From the NCBI GenBank assembly GCA_036172245.1, contig JAYWIR010000015.1, positions 496,001 to 560,000 on the forward strand: 64,000 bases of DNA, given 5' to 3'. The position numbers were made by a program, and so were the translations under genes. Source of the DNA: Raillietiella orientalis. Lineage: Eukaryota. Below the pieces are notes generated by a model. That model searched no databases and was not told the DNA's origin. It worked only from the letters and a program-made list of their open reading frames with translations. Positions 12,681 to 26,058 of this stretch are shown here, in pieces. How positions within the stretch are numbered: position 1 is the first letter of the stretch; each line of letters begins with the position of its first letter.

Positions 12681-14499
12681 AGCCATTTGTAGAACCTTGT
12701 CATTGAGAGTCTCTGAAAAAGAACCAGAGATATTTGAAATTGAATTTTTGGGTAACGGTGAACGAGCTTGATAGAACTCTAAGCGCCATTTAGTGATAAA
12801 GTCACAAAGATGTGAAAATCGAACACTGAGCACATACTTGCAGAATGTGATTCTCTGAAAATAAAAGCCTTGCTTATCGTTGGATGTTTTTTTCAAAGAT
12901 TTCGTATAAATGACTCTAAGAAATCAAGCAATAAAAATCCCACAAACATTTGACTTTGCAATCATCTGATGAAAAGAGGACATTTTATGAAAAATTAATT
13001 CTTTGATCTGATGATCCGGGATTATAATTCATTAAAAATCCAGTATTCAAATTTCAATGCGAATACAGAATGATATGGTCAATCACACATTTTGGAAGCT
13101 TAGTACAATTTTCACAAGTTACCACTGACTGTACTGAAATTTCAAAATTTCAAGCCACACTTTACACTGATCTAGCTGAGTGGTTCCAGGGACAATACAT
13201 GTAGTATGAAGATGAATGGGATGTTTTTTTTTTTTTTAATTTGTGTCTGACAAAGAGTTTTATTCCAAAATATAAAGTTAAAGCCTAATCAAATGAATAA
13301 ATACTTGAAAACCACATTTGACGACATGTTGTGACGAATGCAGAGAAACAAAAAACAAACATATTCGACTGATTAGAACTGTTAATATATGCGGGTGAGC
13401 ATTTCTTAGTTTTATATTCTTTTTATAATCATATTCAACATGAACATGGAGTCGTTTCGATTTCCATCTTTTCTTCTCTTCCAATTCTGGAACTTTTGTC
13501 ACGAATTATCACTTCTGTTTACCTAACTAATGCTAATTGCAACGCAGAGGGAACAGAGTCTTCTCTACCCTTAGATTCTGTTTTGAAGTTCCAAGTACTT
13601 TCCTTTTATAAGTTTTCCAAAAATTACCTGCACTTATTGCTTTTGGCTTTATTAATAAGAATCTGTGATTTTGTATATCTGCCTAAACAGAAGCTATAAA
13701 GCAGAGCTTATTCTAACCGAAAATGCAAAAGCCAAATTGATAAAAACCAAAATGAAAAGCACTTTGCTTTCATTCTGCAATTACCTTTGTTTTTCTGGGG
13801 AATGTTTTTCCTACCTAACTGAAGAAAATATTTAAGGTTGGTGCTTTTTTTTACCAAGGAATGTGACGATGTAGATTTTTGTGAAAATATTAGTATAGTA
13901 AGTTGCGATCATGAAAATGAATAAAGGGAGTAGAAAGTGCTTCGATTAGCTTTTTCTGGCATTATTTGTTAATATAGAAATCATTCCTTTCAGTAAATTC
14001 AGTTTTCCACAAAATTTTGATTGATTTTGGTCGCTCTTGTTTCGATAGTGTCTTGTGTTTGATGATATTGTTTTTGGGGGCAAATTGACAAGTATGCAGT
14101 AACGCAAACTAAATGTAATGTACGCAGTCGTGTGGAATGAAATGTTCGAGCATCGGTGTTAGAAATGTGAAGGAGCGGTAGTATAATGTTTTATTTTCTA
14201 AATCAATTTTCCGTGCTTAGCAAACATACTAAATTACAGATTCATTCTTCATTTTGTGTAATTGAGTATGATATGTAGTGTATTATAGTACATTAAATAA
14301 TATTCCGCAACACGATAATCATTTACGAAACTAGTAGTTGTATAATAATACAAGAAAGTTGAAAGCATCTTTATTACAGACTTCTTATTATGAAGAATTG
14401 TGTGCGCTGAATTTAGTAATGGAAATGTTTATATTTAGCACAGGTATTTGACATTACTTATGAATATGGCAGACATAGGAATATGACACCGAAAACCTG

Positions 14500-17400
14500 A
14501 TGGATTTATTCTCGCAAATCTTTGGAGATGATCCGTTTGGATTTGGTGCAGGTAGTATCTTTTCGGCTTTTGGTGGTCATAGCAGACCCATGAGACATCC
14601 ATGCAACATTCGTCATTTGGAGTAAGCATATTGAATATCTGTAAACCTGAAGTTGTTGGTTTTCATGTAGAGTCAGCTTAGAAGACTTATACAAAGGAAA
14701 GATAATGAAAATTGTATTACAAAAGGATGTTCCCTGTAGTGTTTGCAGAGGGTGAGGAGTTTCAATTGCTGTTATGAAAGTCAATGTATCTAGAAAGAAT
14801 AACAATTGTATGCTAAATTGAAAGTGAAAGGAAATATTGATACCGTAATAAGTACGTTTCAAAGTGATCAACAGTAAGCAGTTACTTTGCTTGAATAGCA
14901 TATATCTCAAGATAATGATTTCATTTTTGAAGTGAACAGGCAGTTGCTCCAGATTGTTGTTTTCAAAATGATTCAGTGTGTTCAAAGAATGGCAGGCATT
15001 TTTGTAAACTCTAAACTTCCTTGTAGAATCAGTGTAAAAAATACGCTAAAACATAGCTAATATTTTGGAATTGGTCTGTGTATGTGTGTGTTTTTAAATA
15101 TTCATATTTCATTTTTAATTAATCCTGCATTCTGTGTAGTTATTACTTTTCAGAGTTAGCTGAGAGTACTTGGCATGATATTTTCCTCGTGTGTACTGGT
15201 CACGTTTGTAGCAGAAACAACATATGTGATCAGTAGAAGATTAGTTGGTTTCCACATTTAGATTTTGCCCAAAGCTTTTCATGTTGCTTATATTATTTAA
15301 TTGTTTGTTTCCTGTTTAATCAATGGTGTTTATGGTTAAACTCAATATGGAATATTGATGCAAATGAAAGTTTTTAAAAAATCAATCCATGATACACAGA
15401 ATGCAATGAATTTCAGTTTGGTATATGAATAGACTGAAGAATTGAATTCCAGTTTGGATATTTCAGATAAAGGTTATCAGATTTGCATTTTACCATGCTA
15501 TCTTTGTGTGCAGGGGCCAGGTATTCAGAGTTCCTCACAATGCATATTTAGTTTTTGTTGTGAATTCAGTATTAGCAAGATTTAGGGATAATTGACTCCG
15601 TTTATGTATGTAAGAAAATTCACAAAGTATAAGAAAAGTATTCATAAGTAGTCCGAGTATATACTTTAAGGAAGTTATTTTGGTAGATCTTTCAAGTATT
15701 TGTGGTTTGTGTGCTTTTGTTGAAATAATTTGATCCTGTTTATGGGTACTAGAAATTACTCATTGCTTATCCTTATTTAAGGTGACAAAATGTTTTCAGT
15801 GTAAATGTAATTTTAGTTTCCGGATCGCTGTTCTTATAAACATCACATTTACCAAGATTCTTGAAGATACTAAGTTGTCCATCGCATTGGAAATTTCTTT
15901 TTATGCCAACTTCAACTGTCTGCCTGAATTTTTTTTAACCAGTTTGACCCATTTGGGAAGGATGGATCGTATTTAGTTTTACCGAATATAAGTTTGTTGA
16001 TGTACATAAGTTGATAGGAACAATAAAGGCAAATTAAAGGGCTGCAAAGTAACAGTATAGAAAATTCGTTACTTTGCTTGGCAAATTTGTTATTACCTAA
16101 ATGATTTACCTATAGGAGTTATAACTCTATTCAAGAAACCTATTGTGAATTATTATTTTGTATCATTTTGTCTTTAGACATTTTTGAACTTTTCAGTTTG
16201 TAGTTTGAAGAAGAAGAAAAAAAAATTGGAATATCAAATCTTCAATTTGATATTTCAGAGTAAGAAGTAATATTAAAATGATATAGGAGTAACTTGAGGT
16301 TTATTAGAGGTAGTGGTAAAGTATATTGTTTGATACTGGAGAACAGTTTCAGTTCTGAATAGTTTGAACAGTGTGGAAAAGTTTCACTAGATAGATTTTG
16401 CTTCCATCTTTACTTCATTTAAGCTTTGCTTTAATTTTCGTTCAAGTTTGTTCCTTGGATTGTCTTATCCTGTTATCAAAACTGAACTCTAGCTCTTTAT
16501 TGCATCAGTAAACTGAGCTGGAAAGCATTGTCTCTATAAATACATGATTACTCTGTATCTGGTAATGCAGACCTAATGCACCTAATGCAGTTGTTTTTTT
16601 GGTATTTTTCTGGTTTTTTCTTCAAAGCACTTTAAAGACTTCATAATTGCAAACTAAAATGGTAGAATTCTTGAAATCAAATATGTCATTATGCTTAGCT
16701 TCAAAGTAAACATTTCTCAGAACATTTTCTGTATTGGATTGATTAATCTGATGAAACACCAGCATAGGACATTAATTGAGTTTATTCAGTGTGTTGTAAT
16801 TATTGTTATTAATTTTTTTTATCAAAACTCTTCTCTTTTTTTCTTAACATTCCATCCTTTCTCCCATTATGTTTTTCTCTCTCTAGATCTCAACTTCATT
16901 GTAGCACTTTGTTTAGGTCATGCTTTGACATTGTAGATATTTGTGTGGGTGATAGCCATGCATGCTTTAATTAGTTCTCATTGTATCATTTTGATTTCTT
17001 TATATGCTAATTAATTGCTTGCTTGCTTTAGTTTTTATTTCTTTACTTCACATACAGTGATATTATAATTGACTGAGCACCTTGGACAGTGAATCAGTAG
17101 GCATATTGTGATGAACTGGCTTTTCCTTCTATGTATATTGTGAAAGTGAGATTTACTGCTTTTATTATTTTAGAATCATTCTGTAATCACAAGCTTAATG
17201 CAATATGTAATCAAATGTATTTTGGCACTAAACATTGAAATCTTTCTAGGACTATGAATTGTATCTAGAACATGACATTAATTTTAATATTTTCCTTATT
17301 TATCTTTTCAGTTTCTTCATCAACCATGCATGCTATGTATTTGTTCTTCTTGTTTGATCACCTCTAAATTAAATTTCTACATTTGCATTTACATCAAAGG

Positions 17401-18980
17401 GGAATGCCTGCCTACTTTTGCTTCGCAACTTAAAAAGTGTTCCCTCTGCACTCTGCTTTTTTCAGATATTTGTGTTTATGATAGAACATTCACAATAAGG
17501 AAAGCTTTATGACTACTGAAATATTTTGGACTTTTTATTTTTAACCTTCTCTCTGTCTCTATCTTAATTTCCAGAATATTTGCAGAAATATAAATTGAGA
17601 TAGAAAAAAATTTTTAGTATTGCAATTATATGTTGATGTGAATACAGTGCTTATATTCTAGTTTGCACTTCCTTACAAGAATTTTTTTTTCCGTTTGTGG
17701 TTTTTGTAAAAAAAAAAAAAAAAAAAAAACTGATTTAAATTGCAGGTAATTCATAGACTCTCTCATCTTTTTGTTTGTTTGTTGTCGTTAAGCCCCCCCC
17801 CCTCCCCCAAGTAAAAGTTATGCATTTGGAATTAAATGACTTATGCAAAGAAAAAGTATTAAATTAGTAAGGAGATGTATTTTATAAGCATCAACAGAAA
17901 TTCTGAAACTGGATTTGGGTGGCCAATCATGATTTGTTCTGTTGTTTTAATTAATTGGATTTTTTAGTGATTATTCAGGTTTACTTCTAGTAAGTAATCA
18001 TTTTCTGATTTATTGTTCTAGTTTAGGTTGGTACACTCAGTCTCGGAAACATTGCACCAAATGTTCTGGGAAAGGCTCCAGCACATCATACATACAACAG
18101 GGTTCTGTGCTAGTACAGTTAAATAACATTTGTAAAGACTGCAGTGGCAGAGGTATAGTCAGGATTTAGTATTGTAGCTTCTATGCTCAGAATTTCAGGA
18201 AATGTTGAATTAGAAGAAGTATGTAAAGCATGCCATGGTCACAAAGTAATAACTAAACCAAAAACCTATGATGTTGTGATAGAACGTGGAATGAAAGAAG
18301 GAGAAAAATGCCAGATTCGAGGTTATAGCCGCCAGGTAGGCTTTCTTTTTTTTTTAAGTCAAATGGTTTTTAAAAATAGCAAATAGGCAAATATGGATTG
18401 CGATGTTATTGTGGTTAAAGAAAAACCACATCACATTTTCACAAGAAGGGGTGATGACTTATTAATGCAGAAAAAAATTACAATCTCGGAAGCTTTGTGT
18501 GGATTTGATATTCCTGTAACTCATTTGGATGGCCAATTATTGTGTTTACGACAACCCCCTGGAGCTGTGGCTAGACCAGGTAAATAGGTACATTTGAATA
18601 CTGGCGTTTCTGCATTAAGTCTGTAATAGGAAGCGTTCTTGTTGCTCATGGTAGAGGAATGCCCAAAAGAGGATATCAGTATGGCTGTGGTCATTTGCTG
18701 GTGTATATTGATGTATGCTTTCCAGTCAATGACTTCACCAGCTTACGGAATCTAAAGGTTTAGCAATACATTAAAAGGAAACTTGAATGGGATGTTACAG
18801 AAACTGGCATGTTTACTTCCCAAGAAGCCACCCGAACCACTTCCAACAGGTGACATGGTAGAAGAAGTGGATTTGAATGATTATGATGCTGATGAAGAAT
18901 GCAGACAAAAAACTCGCCAGGAGGCATACAATGAGGAGGATGCTACATACTATCATACTTCACCTTGTAGTCAACAATAG
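14500..18980 (+). CDS. Divergent DnaJ subfamily A (Hsp40, DNAJA1/2-like) protein; J-domain not found (~323 aa from ATG 14500)
   Basis: Exons 14500(or acceptor 14479)-14621, 14671-14751, 18022-18152, 18199-18335, 18387-18579, 18630-18757, 18801-18980. G/F region MDLFSQIFGDDPFGFG, VSLEDLYKG, four zinc-binding repeats (CSVCRGLG, CTKCSGKG, CKDCSGRG, CKACHGHK), C-terminal domain (KPHHIFTRRGDDL, ISEALCGF, GRGMP) and terminal CaaX-like CSQQ*. The 5' end is uncertain. Confidence 0.88.
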
Positions 18981-19044
18981 TTGAGATCAGAGAGCATTTT
19001 AAAAGCAAAAAAATGAAACCTTGTTTTATTTAAATAATCAAAAG

Positions 19045-22000
19045 TTATAGGTTCTCGGCATCACAGTCTTCCTCTTTTGTATGGATATCCAACTCGCATC
19101 CTGGATTTACATCCAAAGATTTGTCTTCCTTCAGTAATTCACCAGAGTTAAGATCAACAACTTCTAGATTCTCCACATGATCATCATTGGTTAAGTTGTT
19201 GTCAGTCTTTTCATAGTGAAATAAAGAGTGACAGTGATGATTTTCCTTTGTATCATCATCATGTCTTACACCTTCCAGATGGCTTATTATATCTATTGCA
19301 TCCAGCATTAAAAAAGCTTCTGGCTTAAGTGCATTCTTTGGTGGCCTAAAGTGGCACTTAACATGTTCACGTAGAAAATGCAACTGTGGAGCTGAGTAAT
19401 CACAATGGGAACAGTTATACTGGCTAAGAACACCATTATGGCGATGTCTAAAACTATGGCTTTTCTGGTGATCCCTCTTAAGACTGTTAAAAGGGCAATA
19501 GGAACAAAAGTACACTTTTTTACTCTCTTCTCTGAGAGAGACGCTTTTCTGTTTCAACTCTTGTAAAATCAACTGCTGTCTTTCAACTAAAGTCAATGGA
19601 TGGGTGGTGGATACAGTATGATTCAACATATGGGTCTGATTATGAGAGCACATCACCTTTACATTCACATTCTCTGGTTGATCATTGTCGGAAAACATGC
19701 AAGAATCTGCTGGTCGAGCAACAGTCGGATCATGAACTGGGGTGCCTTGTTGGCGTAAAACTTCTTCAAACCGCTGATGCTTTTCTATATGTTGAAGGTA
19801 ATTGGCATAGTATTTAACTGAATAAGAACATTTTTCACAAGTATATCGATTCCGTGCACCATGAAGGGTTAAATGGATTTTATACTGATCTCTCTTTTCA
19901 AGCGCTGTTGGGCATTTTGGGCATTTATAGCGCTTTTCTTTCACTTTGCCATTTTTAATAACTGTTGGGTACACAAAGGCTGGATTTCCTATTCTTGCAG
20001 GGTCATTATTTCTATTATACCCTCTAATACCTTCCGAAATACCATCCTTCACTTCACTATATCTGTTCTGCTTATGCTGATATTCTAGTTTTCGTTTAAG
20101 TAAATCAACACCAGACATAGGAATGTCTTCATATTTACGAAAACGCTTTCTACCTGCATCTGTATAACTGTCAATTTCTATTTCAATATCATTTGGCATA
20201 ACTTCCATACTTTCGGAACTTTCGGCCTTGCAACGAGATTCCCATTCTTCATGGATGGCTTGGTGCCGAATCAAATTATCCATGGTATCTATTGCATAAT
20301 CACAGTCTCGGCGATCACAAGTGTACCGTCCTTTACTACCATGCAATCCTAAATGATAATTGAGGTTTGCAGACTTCATAAATTTAGAAGGGCACTTAGG
20401 ACAAGAGAGCACTCGATCTCTACCACAAGCTGAACTAACGTCAGAATCTGCCTTGAATGAGGAAGATTCCTCCAGGTCTTCATATGCTTCAGCTCGGTAA
20501 TATGACACTTGGCAATCAGAAGGCAAATCTGCCAAGACTACATCTGGAACAGGATATTCGTCTGAGACATGATGATCCTGCAATAAATTAATGGTTTTTT
20601 GCAAATATTCTTCTGAGTGTACTTTCATATGAGCTAGCAAATGTGCTTCTTGACGTGCTGTATAACTACAAGTCTCACACTTATACTGCAACTTCACAAT
20701 ATGGAATTTTTTATGGATTTCAATTTCTGTGCTTTTCAGAAATCGTGCTGGGCAATACTGACAAAAATACATCAAGGGTTTGCCCATCTGGTTATTTTCT
20801 TCTACACTGGGCAAATACATGCTTTCAGATTTATTTTTCGCAAAATCTGATGGTGACCCCAAAACAGCTGTATGACTTATTTCTCGAACTTGTTCTGCAT
20901 CACTTCGGCGGCTATCAACTAAGCCATGCAACTTGCCTAACTTATGTCGATGCACTCGCATGTGGACAGCTATCACACCTGGATTGGAGCAGCTGTAATT
21001 GCAAAGCGTACATGTGTGCATGTGACTGTTCAGTTTGCGTCCATGCATTTTTTCATGTTCATGGATATTAGATTTACGCAAGTTCACATGTGGACAGTAA
21101 TGACACTTGAACATTTTGTAAAACCGATTTCCTCTAGAAACCCAAACAAGAGGTACATCTCCTCTAGTTTGAGGTTCTCCTTGCAAAGCACTTTGCAAAC
21201 GTGAACCAATTGGCAGATCAGATTCTGGATGTGCTGGTTGATCCTCATGTTCCTTTTGCTGGTGCACTTTAAGATGTTGGTTCAACAGGTGACGACGACT
21301 AACATTATAGGTGCAAAAATTGCATTTGTACTGGGCAGCACGCAGTGGTCTGTGAAACTGTTTATGGTACAAGAACTGGCTGCGACTATTGGTGACATAG
21401 GGGCAATTGATACAATGATAACGTTTCCCTAACTCTGAATTTTCTTCAGAACTCTGTAAAGTTTGTGAAAGTTTTCCGATTTCATGAAAGAAACACACTC
21501 ACCCCAACTGCAGACGATGTTCGATTGCCATTTTTAACTTCTCCAGCAGCACGTGCATTTCTTTCTAATACTTGGGTTAAAAATTGCTGTGGCTCTTTGA
21601 CTCCATGGAGTTTCATATGTTGATTTAAAGCTCTAGCATGTGCATTGAAGCAATTGCTTACTGATTACTCATTTACCTTTTCACAGACACATAATATGGG
21701 CAAAACATGCATTTGAAAATGGCATCTGGTCTTTGAATATGAGTTTGCAAATGAACTTTCATTTCCTGCCGTTTTTTACATATGTAAGGGCAAATCTTAC
21801 ATTGAAAGGACATATCTTTGAATATAAATTCTGCACTTATATCTGTTAAAAACATAAAATGTTATAATTTTCATGAATTATAGCAATTCCAAACCTTTGC
21901 TTTCTTTAGCATTTGATTCACTTTCTTCATTGGAATTATGTACTGGTGTTTTGGAACTATTTTCAATCACAGATATGTTCCCATTATGCTTCAGCCGACA

Positions 22001-25000
22001 GTGACGCTAAATAAGAATACTGACTGAGTAAGTAGTCAGATAATTAACCCAAAGAAACTAATAGCAATCAGAGTTATACTTAAAGCAGCATTAAGCAAAA
22101 GCACCAATTACCAAGAAACATAATTAATGGAAAAACAGAAAGCAGGAAGATATCTAGATAGTACCCAACACCAAGTCACCTGGATAACATGCTTCCAATT
22201 GGATACCTGCTCACAATACCCACACTTAAACAAGGGCAGAGCAAGCTTCACATTCTTATCCGTGTAATGCTCCCTTATGTGCTTTAGAATGGTCTCCTTA
22301 TTACTACTTCTGCAATAAAAAAGCATAGTACCACCAATAGGCATAAATTGCCAACAGAGCAAGCATGATTGTAATATGACAGTGCAAAGAAATCCCAAAG
22401 ATTTGCAATCCTGAACAACTAGCGAAAGATAAAAGCTGCTTCCATCACCTCAAATCTATCAGGATGGTTTCAACTATTTTCTCTCCAAAAACAAAACTAT
22501 TATTTACCCTTACTACTGATTGCCAGTTGGAAGTAAATCCACAGAAACCACATAAAAAGAAATTTTGCATACTGTAGTGCTTGGCCATGTGAGCCAAAAC
22601 CATTCTCTTATCTGGACGTCTATTTGAAAAATTCCAGAAATGAAGTACAAAAATAACAAACTATATTCATTATACAGAAACTGCTAATCAATGGATAGAA
22701 AAATTTGATACTTCCTTTAATGAAATTCATAAGATGTGTACAAACTACTCAAAAATAATGTGATCTGTTTACTCTGGTAACAAAATAAAAGTACTCAGAT
22801 TTACCTGTAGTTACATTTTTTGCACTTCCAAACAGTCGTTTTCTTGGGAATACCCTGGTCAGTTACAAATACTTTGGTTTTTTCTGGCTCTGGTCTTTCA
22901 TCAAAATCACAAGATCTTTTCAATGAATGATGCTTATTTTTCATTTGATCTGTTAATTGAAATTTTTCTGACAAAGAATTGCTAACACTGCCAGCTGGAT
23001 AAATTGATACTTCGGGTTTAATTTGGTAATCAGACAAAGAAGAGAGGTGGGACATATCTTGAGAAAATTGACCCAAATATTGAGAATTCATTGTTCTTGA
23101 GTTACTTGAGTAGTTTAGTTTTTGAGTATTTGAAACATGTGTTGATGTTAACTTTGTGGACAACGAAAACCTCCTTGAGTTGTTCTGTGATGACATAATC
23201 TGATAGGGCTGCATCTGTGGAGAATTAGAATGCAAGATACCAGTATTTTTAATAAGTGATGAGGTTCCAGAAGACCCCATAAACAATTTAGAATTTTTGG
23301 AGGAATCTTCAAACTTTGCTTTCTCTAAATTTAAATGATCAAACTTTCTGGAATATCTGCCAAGTTTTTTTGTTTCATTGGTATTTAGTAACTTTGAATT
23401 CTTACTCCCATATCGTGTCATGGTTCGAGTAGTTTTTCTTTTTGGTATTATGTCAGCATTCCTGAAATTTGGACCACGGCCTTCTATAGACATAAGTGTA
23501 ATGTACTTTTCATATTTTTCATAATTTCGTTCCCCACTATTATCAGTCATCATCACAACAGCATCACAATGGATTTCATCACGGTTGGCTTTCAATCGAA
23601 TATGCTTTGTAATATCCCAACGCCAATTAGATTTATAACTGCAAGCAGAACACTTGAAAGGTTTCATATTTAAATGTCCAACAATATGCACATGAAATCT
23701 AGATGCCGTTGTAGCCCAAAAGGAACAATCTGGACACTTGTACACTTTCTTCATTTTCACTGTTTCAGTTCCATCATTGGTATACATAATTTCACCTTCA
23801 TTATCTTCATTCATAGATGAAGAATCAGGAGTGCCAATACTTTCATTATAAAAGCTAGAACGAGATGCTGGTCTAGAAGAAGGTTCTTCTTTACAGTTTT
23901 CCCAATCCATCTCGGAACCATGATTCAAGGATTCCTCTTCCGAACTATTACAAAATCTATTCCACACAAACACTTTATTTTCCATGGGATGTGGTTCTTG
24001 ACGTCCAGGATCACTATTTGAAGCTTCATTAGTTATGATGATGTTATCTGCAATTGAACCAGTGATTTTCGTTATTAGATCATCCTGATTCTGTTCCTTT
24101 TTGTATGCCACTGCTGCTTCACAAACTTTTTCATGATGTGACAGATCCATTTCAGTCTTACAACGCCTTCTACAGAATTGACATCTGGTTCCTCTCACAC
24201 TTGAACCACTGTTTTTCTGCGAAGTAATATGGATTTTTTGATGGTGCAATGCTTCAGAAAGGCATTTAGCTTTGTAATTACATTCAGAACAAATCAGATT
24301 GTTAGCATCAACTTGTGCTATTTTCTGTTTGAAATTATCAAAAAATGAACATGATCTGATCTTCTTGGATTTTATCGCAGAATCAATAGATTCACTGTAT
24401 GAGGAAGTATCAATTTCAGTTTTTACTAGAGATCTCTGATCCGAATTGTCATCTCCTTTTAGTTCAACGTTCTCACTAGACAGACTTAAAATCCCATTTG
24501 TATAATCTGATTTTTCATCATCAAAACTTTCATGTGGTGCCTTCAGAAATGATGGAACTTTCAGAATCATGGGAGAAGCATCTTCCCTCGCATTCTCCAT
24601 TTTTATTCTGGGTGCATCTGAATTTTTTTTCTCATGCTCATGAACTTTTTTATAATGCTTTAAAAGATCAACTTCAAAAGCGGTTTTAAAATTACATTTA
24701 TCACACTTTATATCTTTTATAAACATCTGGCCATTTTTTTGCACAATATCATCTGGATGTACAAAATCTGAACCAAATCTATGCCTTTCCTTTTGCTGTT
24801 TGATTTTACTTTTTTTCAAAATAATTTTTATCTTTGGTTGTTTCTTATTACCATTCTTCACATTACCAGATCCTAGATTAGAATTGCTATCACCACCAAC
24901 GGACTCAAAGGTGCTAATCGATTTTTTTGCTTTTTCTTTCTTTAATGAGAGAAAATTTTCCTTATTATAATTATCTTTGGATCCTGAGAAGTCATTGGAT

Positions 25001-26058
25001 AAACTGCCTGAAACATAGTCAGACTCATCTAGTTCCTCCACATTTTCAAAATCATAGAAGGGCATTTCATTCAAAGTAGGTTTTTTCCTTATTCGTCTAG
25101 TAACGGATTCACCTCGTTTCAAATGATGGTGCTGAATATGAAATGTCAAACTCTGTCGAATGTGTGCTGTAAAATTGCACTTCTGACATTTATACAAGCC
25201 ACCACCAACATGGTTCTTCATATGTCTATCCAGATTCCACTTATAAGGTGTTCGGAAATCACACAAATCACATTTGACCATGGGCATATTATGATATTTC
25301 ATATGTTTTGTGAATCTGGCTTTCACCCAAGTAACATAGTTACACTTTTTACAACGGTAGAACTTCTTTTTAAGATGAGCCACAGCTTCATGTCTTTTCA
25401 TGAGAAGGGAGCTCTTAGTTTTGAAACTACATAGTGAACATTTAGTTATATCAAAATTCTTAACACTTTTATCACCAGAAGTAAGGCAATCCTCATACAT
25501 GAGTGTTTCCTCAGATACCATCTGAAACTCATGATCTAGTTTTTTCACGTGTTCTGGTTTTTCGAATGGGAAAACTTCTGGATCTGACTGTCCTTTGGGG
25601 CTAGTGGGGGTCAAAAATGTTCTAGGGCTAACTGGCGCAGAATATGATATTCGGGGACTCATTTTGGGGCCACGGGATTTTAGATTCTTATCCGTCTTAT
25701 GGGAACCACCTTTTTTATCGTGAATCATTTTATAATGTCTTTGAAGTTTCTGACTATGTCGAGAAGCGTACACACATTCGGGGCACTCATAAATTCGGAA
25801 TCTTTGGCCATGCACATTCTTAATATGATATAAGTACTCTCTTGGATTTTGAGTAAAATAACCACACCAGCTGCAATTATAGTTGCGCTTGATTTTGACA
25901 TCAGGTAAATCTTGCACTGATGTGCCCTTAATTGCCTCCCGATCTAGTTTTTGCTCAGCACCATTTGCTATACTTTCCAAACTGAATTCAGCACCGCCAT
26001 TTTCCTCCGAAACATGTTCAGCTTCTAGGATATTTCGCGTGTCATCAGCTTCTTCCAT
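19045..26058 (-). CDS. Large multi-C2H2 zinc-finger protein (~2060 or 2066 aa depending on the alternative exon)
   Basis: Exons 22805-26058, [22508-22619 OR 22180-22309], 21895-22006, 21677-21842, 21503-21632, 19045-21453. GT-AG junctions keep frame (6183 nt with the first alternative). Many dispersed CxxC-x12-HxxxH fingers, e.g. YKCPDCSFWATTASRFHVHIVGH and FKCSACSYKSNWRWDITKHIRLK. From memory it resembles an insect CG9932-type factor, but this is unverified. Confidence 0.93.
22180..22309 (-). other. Zinc-finger gene alternative exon B (130 nt, phase 2 to 0)
   Basis: TTTTTTATTGCAG|acceptor, GTGACT donor. Encodes (R)SSNKETILKHIREHYTDKNVKLALPLFKCGYCEQVSNWKHVIQ. Confidence 0.88.
22508..22619 (-). 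other. Zinc-finger gene alternative exon A (112 nt, phase 2 to 0)
   Basis: TTTTTCAAATAG|acceptor, GTAAAT donor. Encodes (R)RPDKRMVLAHMAKHYSMQNFFLCGFCGFTSNWQSVVR. Confidence 0.85.
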
